Shown: positions 56,016 through 64,000 of the stretch, in pieces | How positions within the stretch are numbered: the stretch's first letter is position 1 | How the letters are laid out: every line of letters starts with the position of its first letter | Assembly: GCA_947585615.1 (NCBI GenBank) | Contig: CANPXD010000001.1 | Span: 7,115 to 71,114, forward strand | Reading direction: 5' to 3' | From: an uncultured Clostridia bacterium | Lineage (GTDB): Bacteria; Bacillota; Clostridia; Oscillospirales; Acutalibacteraceae | DNA: 64,000 nt | The notes under the pieces: model-generated | What the model was told of the DNA's origin: nothing | The model's database searches: none | What the model saw: only the letters and a program-made list of their open reading frames with translations | Made by a program: the position numbers and the translations under genes

Positions 56016-57695
56016 ATGATTGAATACACAACAAAGTACAATGTTAGAACAACGATGTTTCAGCAGTTTGAAAAATCTGCTGCCGAGAGAGGGGAAAATC
56101 CCTGCCTTTACTACTATAACAATACTTTGAGTTGGAATCAGACCGCACAGTTAGTGGACAAATGTGCGGCGGCTCTTGTTGCAAACGGAGTTCGGAAAGG
56201 CGACAGAGTTGTTATATGTCTGCCGAATATGCCGCAGTGCATTGCCGCTATTTATGCGATAAATAAAATCGGCGCAATTGCGTCAATGCTACACCCTCTT
56301 TCCGTTAAGAGCGAAGCGGATTACACAATTAAGCTTGTCGGTGCAAAATATGCTTTTTGCTTTGATGTTTCGGAAAAGGCGTTTACAGGCAATCCCGATT
56401 TAACACTTATCAAATGCAAAACGGCATCGTATTTCCCGAAATCGCCGTACGGAGCTATTGCAAATATGCTCTATAAAAAGAAAATCAAGGGCAAAACAGC
56501 TCCCGCGGAGAATGTTAAAAAGCTTATTGAATGGGGCGATTTCCTTAAAGAGGGAGAGGCCTATATCAAAGAAAACGGCGTCCCCGAAACAATGTCGGAT
56601 TCTCTCGCAACCGCTGCAATTATGATGACGGGCGGCACTACCGGCAATCCAAAGGGTGTTATGCTCACTTCGGAAGCGATAAACAATCTTTCGTATCAGC
56701 TTGTTGATGTTGTTACCACCGTTCTCAAAATGCAGATAGACCCGGATGCGGACGGTATGCTTACCGCCCTTCCCGTGTTCCACGGTTTCGGCTTTGCGCT
56801 TTGTATGCACGTTTCAATGTGCGTCGGTATGCCTCAGGCACTGTTCCCCACATTTGACGCAAAGATGTGTTCCTCCGCAATTAAAAAATATAAGCTCAAT
56901 TACATTTTCGGTGTTCCCGATTTCTTTGAAAAGGTTTATGCTGCCGGCTATCTCAAGGGTATTGATATGAGCGCCATGAAGCTTATCGGTTCCGGCGGAG
57001 ACGTTGTCCCTTATTCCCTTACGGAAAAAATGGACAGATTGCTCAAGGAAAACGGTGCGCTTGTTCATTTTGTATCGGGCTATGGTCTGACGGAGTGTGT
57101 TACCGTTTGCACCTTTACCGATCCGCGCCGTGAAGCGCCGCAGGGTTGCATAGGCGTTCCTTGCTACAATATTGAAACCATGACGGTAAAGCCGGGAACA
57201 ACGGAAAAATGCGAGGGCGAGGACGGAGAACTTTGCGTTTACGGGCCGACTCTTATGCAGGGCTATTGGAATGATCCCGAGGAAACCTCAAAAATGCTTC
57301 TTGAGCATGAGGACGGAAAAGTATGGCTTCATACGGGGGATATGTGCTTCATAGATGAAAAAGGCGATATTTACTACCGCCAGCGTTTGAAAAGAGTATA
57401 TAAAATAAGCGGCTATCTTGTTTATCCCTCGTTCATCGAGGAATCCTACCGCTCAATGGCTGAGATTTTTGACTGCTGTGTTATCGGTAAGGAGGACGGC
57501 GGAAAGACAATGCTCAAGCTCTTTGTGGTAAAGAACAAAAAGTTTGCCGATGACGATGAGGCAGAGCTTATGACTAAGATTAAAAAATTCGGGGAGCAGA
57601 ATCTTTCAAAATGGTCTGTTCCGAGAGAAATCGTGTTTATAGACGAACTTCCGAGAACGAAAATCGGCAAGGTCGATTTCAAGGTTCTCAGCTGA
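56016..57695 (+). CDS. AMP-binding enzyme (acyl-CoA synthetase / long-chain fatty-acid-CoA ligase family)
   Basis: 559-aa ORF with the AMP-binding motif MMTGGTTGNPKGV, the later GYGLTE and TGD motifs, and a C-terminal PRTKIGKV. Confidence 0.9.
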   Translation: MIEYTTKYNVRTTMFQQFEKSAAERGENPCLYYYNNTLSWNQTAQLVDKCAAALVANGVRKGDRVVICLPNMPQCIAAIYAINKIGAIASMLHPLSVKSEADYTIKLVGAKYAFCFDVSEKAFTGNPDLTLIKCKTASYFPKSPYGAIANMLYKKKIKGKTAPAENVKKLIEWGDFLKEGEAYIKENGVPETMSDSLATAAIMMTGGTTGNPKGVMLTSEAINNLSYQLVDVVTTVLKMQIDPDADGMLTALPVFHGFGFALCMHVSMCVGMPQALFPTFDAKMCSSAIKKYKLNYIFGVPDFFEKVYAAGYLKGIDMSAMKLIGSGGDVVPYSLTEKMDRLLKENGALVHFVSGYGLTECVTVCTFTDPRREAPQGCIGVPCYNIETMTVKPGTTEKCEGEDGELCVYGPTLMQGYWNDPEETSKMLLEHEDGKVWLHTGDMCFIDEKGDIYYRQRLKRVYKISGYLVYPSFIEESYRSMAEIFDCCVIGKEDGGKTMLKLFVVKNKKFADDDEAELMTKIKKFGEQNLSKWSVPREIVFIDELPRTKIGKVDFKVLS

Positions 57696-57700
57696 AAATA

Positions 57701-57736
57701 AAAACGCGGCGTTCAAGCGAACGCCGCCGCGTTTTA
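57701..57736 (+). terminator. Intrinsic terminator after the AMP-binding enzyme gene
   Basis: AAAACGCGGCGTTC ... GAACGCCGCCGCGTTTT is a GC-rich hairpin with a T-run. Confidence 0.85.
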
Positions 57737-58004
57737 TAATGATTAAAAAAGGCCGCCTGTTATTGACGTCCTTTTTTTCGCATACTCAGAAACTCTCATA
57801 CAGTACGCGTTTGGAACTGCGGCATAGAATGACAGAAATCCGCAATGCCAATGTTATTATATCTTTGAGAAAGACCAAAATCAACATTTCGGAATTAATT
57901 TGTGCAATTCAGATAGAAATCTTTTTCGCTTTTACAGCAATATATCCAACAGATATTTGTTGATAAATGGCAGGTCTTCATATATAATACCTTTGGTGAT
58001 ACAA

Positions 58005-58676
58005 ATGAGAATGAGAAGAAAAAAGAATTTGGAGACAAGGCTTGAGTCCTGCGGCGATTATCTTATTATGTGTGACAAGGGCAGCGACCTGAATTATGAA
58101 AACGCGGCAAAAAACCTTGCTTTATTTGATTATGAGGAACTTTTCGGAAATTCAAACAGAATAATGCTTGAAGTCGGATGCGGGAAGGGCGCATTTGCCT
58201 GTGAATATGCAAGACGCAATCCCGATATGAACGTTCTTGCGGTTGAGGTTGCCGCCAATGTGATTGTGGCAGGCTGTGAAGCGGCAAAATCCGCGGGACT
58301 TACCAATATAAAATTTTTAAAATGTGCGGCCGAGTATCTGCCGCGCTTTATTCCGGAAAAATCGGTCAGCGAGATAAATCTTAATTTCAGTTGTCCTTTT
58401 CCCAAAAAGAAGTATGCAAAGCACAGACTGACGCACGAGAGGTTTTTAAAGATTTACAAGCGTCTTATGAGCAACGACGCCGTTATTAACCAGAAAACAG
58501 ACAATATGAATTTCTTTGAGTATTCATTGGAAAGCTTCTCAAACAACGGATTTAAGCTGAGCCATATCAGTCTTGACCTGCACAACAGCGGTTTTGAGGG
58601 CAATATAGTTACGGAATACGAAAAACGCTTCGCAGAGCTTGGAATGCCGATTTACAGGCTTGAGGCAAGACTATGA
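58005..58676 (+). CDS. trmB: tRNA (guanine-N7)-methyltransferase TrmB
   Basis: I set the start at ATG 58005 (MRMRRKKNLETRL...). It has the SAM motif LEVGCGKG and the F.CPFPKKK region typical of TrmB. Confidence 0.88.
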   Translation: MRMRRKKNLETRLESCGDYLIMCDKGSDLNYENAAKNLALFDYEELFGNSNRIMLEVGCGKGAFACEYARRNPDMNVLAVEVAANVIVAGCEAAKSAGLTNIKFLKCAAEYLPRFIPEKSVSEINLNFSCPFPKKKYAKHRLTHERFLKIYKRLMSNDAVINQKTDNMNFFEYSLESFSNNGFKLSHISLDLHNSGFEGNIVTEYEKRFAELGMPIYRLEARL

Positions 58677-58680
58677 ATGC

Positions 58681-58714
58681 AAAAAAACGACCTGCAGCAA
58701 ACAGGTCGTTTTAA
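58681..58714. terminator. Bidirectional terminator between trmB and the convergent GPH transporter gene
   Basis: AACGACCTG-CAGCAAA-CAGGTCGTT with an A-run on the left and a T-run on the right. Confidence 0.85.
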
Positions 58715-58729
58715 TTTGCGTCCGATTTT

Positions 58730-60286
58730 TTATTCAGCCTCGGAGTTTTTGGCTTCAGCAGCGGCTTTCTGTGCAGCGTCCTGCTGTGCAAGACGGTCTG
58801 CGCGGATGTCCGCAAGCTCGGCAATCATCTGATTTTTGAAATCACCGTGGATTGGATAGATAATAAAGGAAAGTCCGTAAAAACCTCTCGCAATCGCCGG
58901 TAAGATGCAGAATACTGCCCATATACCATTGAGCATTTTGGGATCTGTCTGCGGAATGGCGTTGCCGAGAGAGTCGGTAAGCGGAACGTAGTTTATCCAT
59001 GTGAGAACCATTCCCGAAAGCCAGCCGGTAATCGAGGTTGCAAGCTTTGTGAAATAACCCTGAACAGTTGTAACAAGAGCTTCGTTGCGAAGACCGTGTT
59101 TCCATTCCATATAGTCAAAGGTTTCTGCACTGAGTATCGGGTTTACAACCTGAATAACCTTGTTGGGAAGTCCGCATACGGTAAGTGCGAAAATAACCCA
59201 GATAAGATTGAGTATGTAATTATCTTTAAAGGTTTGACCGAAAGGATGATAACCGATTATGAAAAGCAGTGTATATGCCACGCCGCCGAATACACCTGCC
59301 ATAATAGCGGTAGTTCTTGAGCCGAATTTTTTGACAAGCTTTGCGGCAAAGGGCACCATAAGATAGTTCGGAATACCTGTGAAAAGTCCGCAGATACTCT
59401 GATTTGCGATGTTTCCTGAGTTGTTGAGCCAGAAATACTGCTCCGATGAACCGCCGACAGCCTTGAAGTTGTTGAAGAAATCGGAAAGGATGATTGCAAA
59501 AAGCGGACGGTTTGTGAAAATCTGCTTGATTGATTCAAGCACGGAGGTTTCGTTCATTTCCTCACGCGACTGAAGCGGAACACGCTCGCGCATATTAAAG
59601 AAACCGAAAATTGTGAAGCCTGCGGAAATGATAACCATAAAATAGGCAAAACTCGTGTAAACGCCCTTCATATTGATTGATGAATTGATTTTCGGCAGGA
59701 ACTGAACAAGAATCGGAACCAAAGAGGGAAGCCATACACCGAAAAGTTCAAAGAACTTACTTATGGTAATTAGATTGTTTCGTTCGTCGTTATTCGGCGT
59801 TATGTTGTAAATCATAAGATTCCATGCGCCGAAATAGCTCATTCCCAGACCGTTGATTACGATTGCGATAGCTGCCCAGATGATTTTTCCGTTTCTGGAA
59901 ATATCGGGAGCGGTAAACATCATAATGCTGCCCACTACCCAAAGCGGCAGAGGAATTATGAAGAAAGGTCTGATTCTTCCCCAGCGTGTTCTTGTGCGGT
60001 CGATGATAAGACCGGAAATCGTGTCGTCAAGAGCATCGTAAACCGACGCGAAAAGGTTTATGTATGCGTACGCCGTGGTATCAAGCTTCAGGAACTGAAT
60101 CATAAAGAATTCTTTGTACGCACTTGTAAATTGACTGAGGTTTTTCTGACCGAAGTTTACAAGAACATAGGCGGCTATCTCTTTCGGAGAAAGATAACGC
60201 TTTTTCGTATAGGCAAGCTTATCCAGTTCTTCCTGCTCTTCGGTTAAAATATCCTGTTCTGTCAAAAAAATCACCACTTTCCACAA
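58730..60286 (-). CDS. Glycoside-pentoside-hexuronide (GPH):cation symporter family MFS transporter
   Basis: 518-aa ORF with 12 predicted TM segments and a MelB/GPH-like N-terminal LSPKEIAAYVLVNFGQ motif. The start is uncertain: the track's codon is TTG, and alternative GTG/TTG codons lie within the first 8 codons. Confidence 0.85.
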   Translation of the reverse strand: MWKVVIFLTEQDILTEEQEELDKLAYTKKRYLSPKEIAAYVLVNFGQKNLSQFTSAYKEFFMIQFLKLDTTAYAYINLFASVYDALDDTISGLIIDRTRTRWGRIRPFFIIPLPLWVVGSIMMFTAPDISRNGKIIWAAIAIVINGLGMSYFGAWNLMIYNITPNNDERNNLITISKFFELFGVWLPSLVPILVQFLPKINSSINMKGVYTSFAYFMVIISAGFTIFGFFNMRERVPLQSREEMNETSVLESIKQIFTNRPLFAIILSDFFNNFKAVGGSSEQYFWLNNSGNIANQSICGLFTGIPNYLMVPFAAKLVKKFGSRTTAIMAGVFGGVAYTLLFIIGYHPFGQTFKDNYILNLIWVIFALTVCGLPNKVIQVVNPILSAETFDYMEWKHGLRNEALVTTVQGYFTKLATSITGWLSGMVLTWINYVPLTDSLGNAIPQTDPKMLNGIWAVFCILPAIARGFYGLSFIIYPIHGDFKNQMIAELADIRADRLAQQDAAQKAAAEAKNSEAE

Positions 60287-60520
60287 AAATTTTACCGAAT
60301 ACGGATATAATCAAAATGTAACATTCTAAATATACCAAATTATATAAAATAATTCAATATAAAATACAATTTAATATAAAGAAATTTTTGCTAATTATTA
60401 ATAGTGTATAAATCCGATGATGCATTTTAGTCTATTTTGAACAAATAATATTAAAAAAAGAGCAAAAATAAAACTTCGGTTTAATTAATCATAAGAACAG
60501 CAGAACGGCTGTGGCAAAGA

Positions 60521-60555
60521 ATAAAAAAGCCGTCTGAATGGATTCAGGCGGCTTT
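60521..60555 (-). terminator. Intrinsic terminator of the hypothetical membrane protein gene
   Basis: AAGCCGTCTGAAT-GG-ATTCAGGCGGCTT hairpin, with TTTTTT following on the minus strand. The stem sequence is related to the repeat at 10283 and 40870. Confidence 0.8.
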
Positions 60556-60563
60556 CTGAAATC

Positions 60564-61319
60564 TCAGGCTTTTATATTTGATTTCTTTTTTCTGACAAGC
60601 GCAAAGCAGACGATCAAGACTGCGTAAAGGGCAATCCAGAAGAAATACGACTTGCTGACCCGCATTCCCGCGTTTGCCATAAGAACTGCCGAAAAAGCTT
60701 TTCTTGCAAGGTTTACGGCAAGACCTATTATTGAAAAATCAGATATAAGCAGCGCGCTCTTTTTCGAGCTGAAGGCAGCGGCGGCAATAAGGATCGCGGA
60801 GGGAGCGATATAGCAGGCATATTGCACCGCGTAAACATACAGCATGGACTGTGTTTTCATATAAAAATAGGTTGAAAGACTTGTTGAAATCGGATTGAAG
60901 AAGGGTACGGCAGTGAGGAGGAGCAATATCGGCAGAAGCTCCACCGCGTTATTATTCTTGGACTGCGACCTGTAATGACGATAAATCGCATAAGCAAAAA
61001 GTACGAGCGCCGCTTTGCGGACAATATAATAGACGAGATATGCGTCGGTATTAAGACTTTGCAGCATATCAAGCTCCGGAGGCATGATTTTAAAGGCAAA
61101 TATCGCAGAAATCATACCTATATAGCTGTCCGTTGCTTTCATTATAAAAAGATATGTAACAGCGCACGCGGCAGTGTATACAATAGCCTGGATAAGCGCT
61201 GATGTGCTGTTCCACAGAGTAAGGCGTTTAAATGCCTTTTCAACAACAAAGCAGGCGAAAACAATTAAAAGAGGAATAATATGAAAAATATGTTCCTTTG
61301 TCAGTTTGCATTTTTGCAT
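60564..61319 (-). CDS. Hypothetical polytopic membrane protein
   Basis: 251-aa ORF with about 7 hydrophobic segments. I recognised no family. Confidence 0.6.
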   Translation of the reverse strand: MQKCKLTKEHIFHIIPLLIVFACFVVEKAFKRLTLWNSTSALIQAIVYTAACAVTYLFIMKATDSYIGMISAIFAFKIMPPELDMLQSLNTDAYLVYYIVRKAALVLFAYAIYRHYRSQSKNNNAVELLPILLLLTAVPFFNPISTSLSTYFYMKTQSMLYVYAVQYACYIAPSAILIAAAAFSSKKSALLISDFSIIGLAVNLARKAFSAVLMANAGMRVSKSYFFWIALYAVLIVCFALVRKKKSNIKA

Positions 61320-61410
61320 AAAATCACGCTTTCGTTTACAATTTATTCATAATTCAATTATAGATTGAGGGGAAAAATTTGTCAATAGCTTTTCTATTCA
61401 ATTAATAAAC

Positions 61411-61441
61411 AGAAAATCTGTCCGCATAGAAGCGGACAGAT
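61411..61441 (-). terminator. Intrinsic terminator of the 212-aa hypothetical gene
   Basis: ATCTGTCCGC-ATAGAA-GCGGACAGAT hairpin. The minus strand continues TTTTCTGTTT. Confidence 0.75.
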
Positions 61442-61448
61442 AAGGAAT

Positions 61449-62087
61449 CTATTCGGCATTGTAAACCATAACCGTTTGAAAAAACTGAGTGTTCATAAAC
61501 TGCCGTTCATAGGCGATTTCAAAGCCTTTGCGCTCAAATATCGGCAGCAATGTTTTTGAAAGCGTTTCATAAACGACGACAAAATTTTCTTCTTCGGCTT
61601 TCTTTTTTGCCTCGTCAATGAGCTGCGCGATTTCATCGCTGTTTTCGGGATCGGCATACATGGTCAGCACCTTTTTCTGCATACGCTCGGGAAGAATAAC
61701 GTCAATTATATCGGTTATTACTCTTCGGTGCAGCAGGATATGTGATGAATTTTTGTCACGCATCATCGAAAAGCCGTGCTGACCTGAAAATTTATGTGGA
61801 TAAGTGTCGGGATTGATAAGCGTTGCGGCCGTTTTTCCGCTTTCTGAGGATAAAAGTTCGTCTCGAGCGATCCATTTCGGAAGAAAATATCTGAAATATT
61901 TATTTATAAAGCTGTCTCTGTTTATTTTCAGAGGACAATAAAACATAAACATCGGATCTTTCACCATAATTGGCGGAAGATTTGCCGCAAGCAGTCTTAA
62001 TTTCATATTTTCCGGGTTGTCTTTCATAACGTGTATATAGCCTTTCACGCGTGTGGAATTAAACGCAAATCCGTGCCCGCAGAGCAT
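61449..62087 (-). CDS. Hypothetical cytoplasmic protein
   Basis: 212-aa ORF with no recognised family. An alternative start is ATG 62027 (MKDNPEN...). Confidence 0.55.
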   Translation of the reverse strand: MLCGHGFAFNSTRVKGYIHVMKDNPENMKLRLLAANLPPIMVKDPMFMFYCPLKINRDSFINKYFRYFLPKWIARDELLSSESGKTAATLINPDTYPHKFSGQHGFSMMRDKNSSHILLHRRVITDIIDVILPERMQKKVLTMYADPENSDEIAQLIDEAKKKAEEENFVVVYETLSKTLLPIFERKGFEIAYERQFMNTQFFQTVMVYNAE

Positions 62088-62201
62088 ATAAAATACTGAA
62101 AGAAAATTGCTTTACCGATACCGCCGAAGCGCGGAAATACATTGCCTTTATTCTATTATAAATCTTATGATGTTGCAATATTACATAGAAAATTTTACAA
62201 A

Positions 62202-63596
62202 TTATTCAATTTTTTCATCTTTTTTTTCGGGATAGAATTCGGGATTCTTTTTAAGTCCCGAATTTACCGCCGCAAACATGACAGCGGCAAGCACAACGCA
62301 GGTCAGGTCTGCAACAGGCTGCGCGAAAACAATTCCGTTGAAGCCGACAAAACGGCTCATAATAACAAGGAGCGGGAAGAAAATAAGTCCTTGCCTGCCG
62401 AGTGAAATAACAAGGCTCGGAACAGGCTTTCCCATTCCCTGAAAAGCGAAGTTATAGGTGAACATGATTCCGATAAACGGACCTGCGAGCATAAGTCCAC
62501 GCAGTATTTTAACACCGTATTCGGTAACCATTGGATCGTTTTCACCGTTGAAAATATTGATTATTTCTGAGGTGAAAATAAAGTACAGAATAGTGAGTGC
62601 GGAGCCGATGATAAGGGTACATATCATTGTGAAGCGCATTGTTTTTTTGAGCCTTTGCATATTTCTTGCACCGAAGGAATAGCCAATGAGGGGCTGAACG
62701 CCTATGCCTATACCCATTTGCAAAAAGGCGACGAGCATATTTACCTTCATCGCAATTCCGAGCGCCGCAACAGCCGACTCACCGTAGTCCTTTATAAAGT
62801 TGTTGAGAATTATATTTGAAACGCTCATCAGCAGATTGTTTATCGCTGCGGGAATTCCGACCGGAATAACGTTTCTGGCAATTCCGTCTCTAACTGAAAA
62901 CCTTTTCGGATTGCAGGACAGGATTGAATTTCCGCGCATCAGGTAGATGGCATAGTAAACAACAGATGCAACGTTTCCTATAACCGTGGCTATTGCCGCA
63001 CCGCCTACCCCCATATCAAGAGCAAGAATCATGATTGGGTCAAGAATGATATTGGTGATTGTGCCAATCATCATACCCGTCATTGATTCCCTTGCCGCGC
63101 CTTCGCCGCGGACGAGATTTCCGGCTGTTATGGAGGTTACAATCATCGGACCCCCGATTGCGATATATTTCAGATAGTCGTAGGCGTAATTATATACGAT
63201 GCCGCTTGTCGCTCCGAGAGCGGATATAAGGGGCTTTATAAATAGGAGAATAAGCGCAAGAAGAAGCGCGCCCGATATAATCGACATAAAAATCGAGAAC
63301 GAACTGATTTTTTTTACTCTGTCGCTTCTTCCCTCGCCCATTGAGCGTGAAATGTATGCCGATCCGCCGACTCCGAAAATATTTCCGAAAGCGACAAAGA
63401 AAAGGAAAACGGGCATTGTCAGTGAAACCGCCGCTGTTGCGTCCGTTTCTTTCATAAGACTTACAAAATAGGTGTCTGCCATATTGTAGATTACGTTTAC
63501 TATGCTTGAAAGAACGGAGGGAACGGCGAGAGCCGCGACCGCCTTTGGTATCGGATAGGATGAAAATATTTCTTCTCTTTTTTCTTTTGACGCCAT
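62202..63596 (-). CDS. MATE-family efflux transporter
   Basis: 464-aa ORF with 12 TM segments, the typical MATE N-terminus (P....L..NVIYNMADTYFV) and an internal duplication. Confidence 0.9.
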   Translation of the reverse strand: MASKEKREEIFSSYPIPKAVAALAVPSVLSSIVNVIYNMADTYFVSLMKETDATAAVSLTMPVFLFFVAFGNIFGVGGSAYISRSMGEGRSDRVKKISSFSIFMSIISGALLLALILLFIKPLISALGATSGIVYNYAYDYLKYIAIGGPMIVTSITAGNLVRGEGAARESMTGMMIGTITNIILDPIMILALDMGVGGAAIATVIGNVASVVYYAIYLMRGNSILSCNPKRFSVRDGIARNVIPVGIPAAINNLLMSVSNIILNNFIKDYGESAVAALGIAMKVNMLVAFLQMGIGIGVQPLIGYSFGARNMQRLKKTMRFTMICTLIIGSALTILYFIFTSEIINIFNGENDPMVTEYGVKILRGLMLAGPFIGIMFTYNFAFQGMGKPVPSLVISLGRQGLIFFPLLVIMSRFVGFNGIVFAQPVADLTCVVLAAVMFAAVNSGLKKNPEFYPEKKDEKIE

Positions 63597-63641
63597 TTTT
63601 ATCTCCTTATATTCAAAATTTGCAAAACGAGTATGCTGTAA

Positions 63642-64000
63642 TTATAAAATCTCCGAAAGCTTTGCAAACGCCTCAAGAGTAAAACTTTCGGCTCTTGCGT
63701 TTTCCTGCGCGCCTATCTGCCTGAGCGCGTCGGCAACGCACTGCTTCGGTATATTGAGACTCCCCGACAGACAGTTGAGCGCCGTTTTTCTTCTTTGTGA
63801 AAAGGCGGCGCGGATTATTTCAAAAAATCTTTTTTCGTCTGTAACCGCAACGGGCGGCTTTTTTCTTGGTGTAAGCTTTATTACGGCACTGTCTACCTTG
63901 GGAACGGGCATAAAGCATTCTTTTCCGACCTCAAACAGCATTTCCGTTTCTGCGTAATAGCTTACCGCAGCAGTTACAGCCCCTGCGTTGCGTGTGCCTG
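63642..64000 (-). CDS. rsmA: 16S rRNA (adenine1518/1519-N6)-dimethyltransferase RsmA/KsgA, C-terminal part; the gene runs off the window
   Basis: The translation F.P.PKVDSAVIKL.PR ... FSQRRKT..N.L is the conserved KsgA C-terminal half. The frame stays open to the window edge. Confidence 0.85.
   Translation of the reverse strand, partial: GTRNAGAVTAAVSYYAETEMLFEVGKECFMPVPKVDSAVIKLTPRKKPPVAVTDEKRFFEIIRAAFSQRRKTALNCLSGSLNIPKQCVADALRQIGAQENARAESFTLEAFAKLSEIL

Noticed and set aside
57739-57963. A 74-aa ORF upstream of trmB, and the extended trmB start at 57900
   Set aside because: There is no RBS and the composition is poor. TrmB homology begins at MRMRRKKN (ATG 58005), and a TATATAAT box lies at 57981-57988.

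Overview
This 64-kb window is a chromosomal segment of a spore-forming Firmicutes/Clostridia genome. SpoIIE and YlbJ support spore formation, and the gene content looks Oscillospiraceae/Ruminococcaceae-like; the taxonomy is inference only. About 50 protein genes are present and most are housekeeping: ymdB, asp23-yloV-recG, an ABC-F ATPase, rpe, mgtE, zapA-U32-maf, secA, pth-mfd, glmS, spoIIE, nifS-nifU-nadA-mnmA, trmB and rsmA (partial). Carbohydrate genes (GH27 alpha-galactosidase, GH2 beta-galactosidase, GPH symporter) and transporters are interspersed. RNA genes are tRNA-Arg(ACG) at 302-378, preceded by a truncated 5'-half copy, and tRNA-Arg(CCU) at 53912-53986 on the minus strand. I saw no rRNA, CRISPR array, integrase, transposase or recognisable defence genes. 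The most unusual locus is 51.9-54.0 kb. It holds an XRE repressor gene, a perfect 20-bp palindromic operator and a secreted BspA-type LRR protein. It also holds two convergent, paralogous small-peptide genes that fall below the ORF-track cutoff. The peptides have a leader/core layout resembling Firmicutes lasso-peptide precursors, yet no maturation enzymes are nearby, and one of them appears co-transcribed with tRNA-Arg(CCU). Other points worth a second look are listed here.
- A Zn-ribbon/PASTA membrane protein whose Hanks-kinase domain has lost all catalytic residues.
- A PurF paralogue lacking the N-terminal Cys nucleophile.
- An orphan OadB/OadG membrane pair.
- nadA embedded in the nifS-nifU-mnmA operon.
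- A repeated ~55-nt hairpin element.
- An AT-rich ABC-exporter islet next to the tRNA-Arg(ACG) locus.
All calls come from reading the sequence and the ORF translations; no database search was run.
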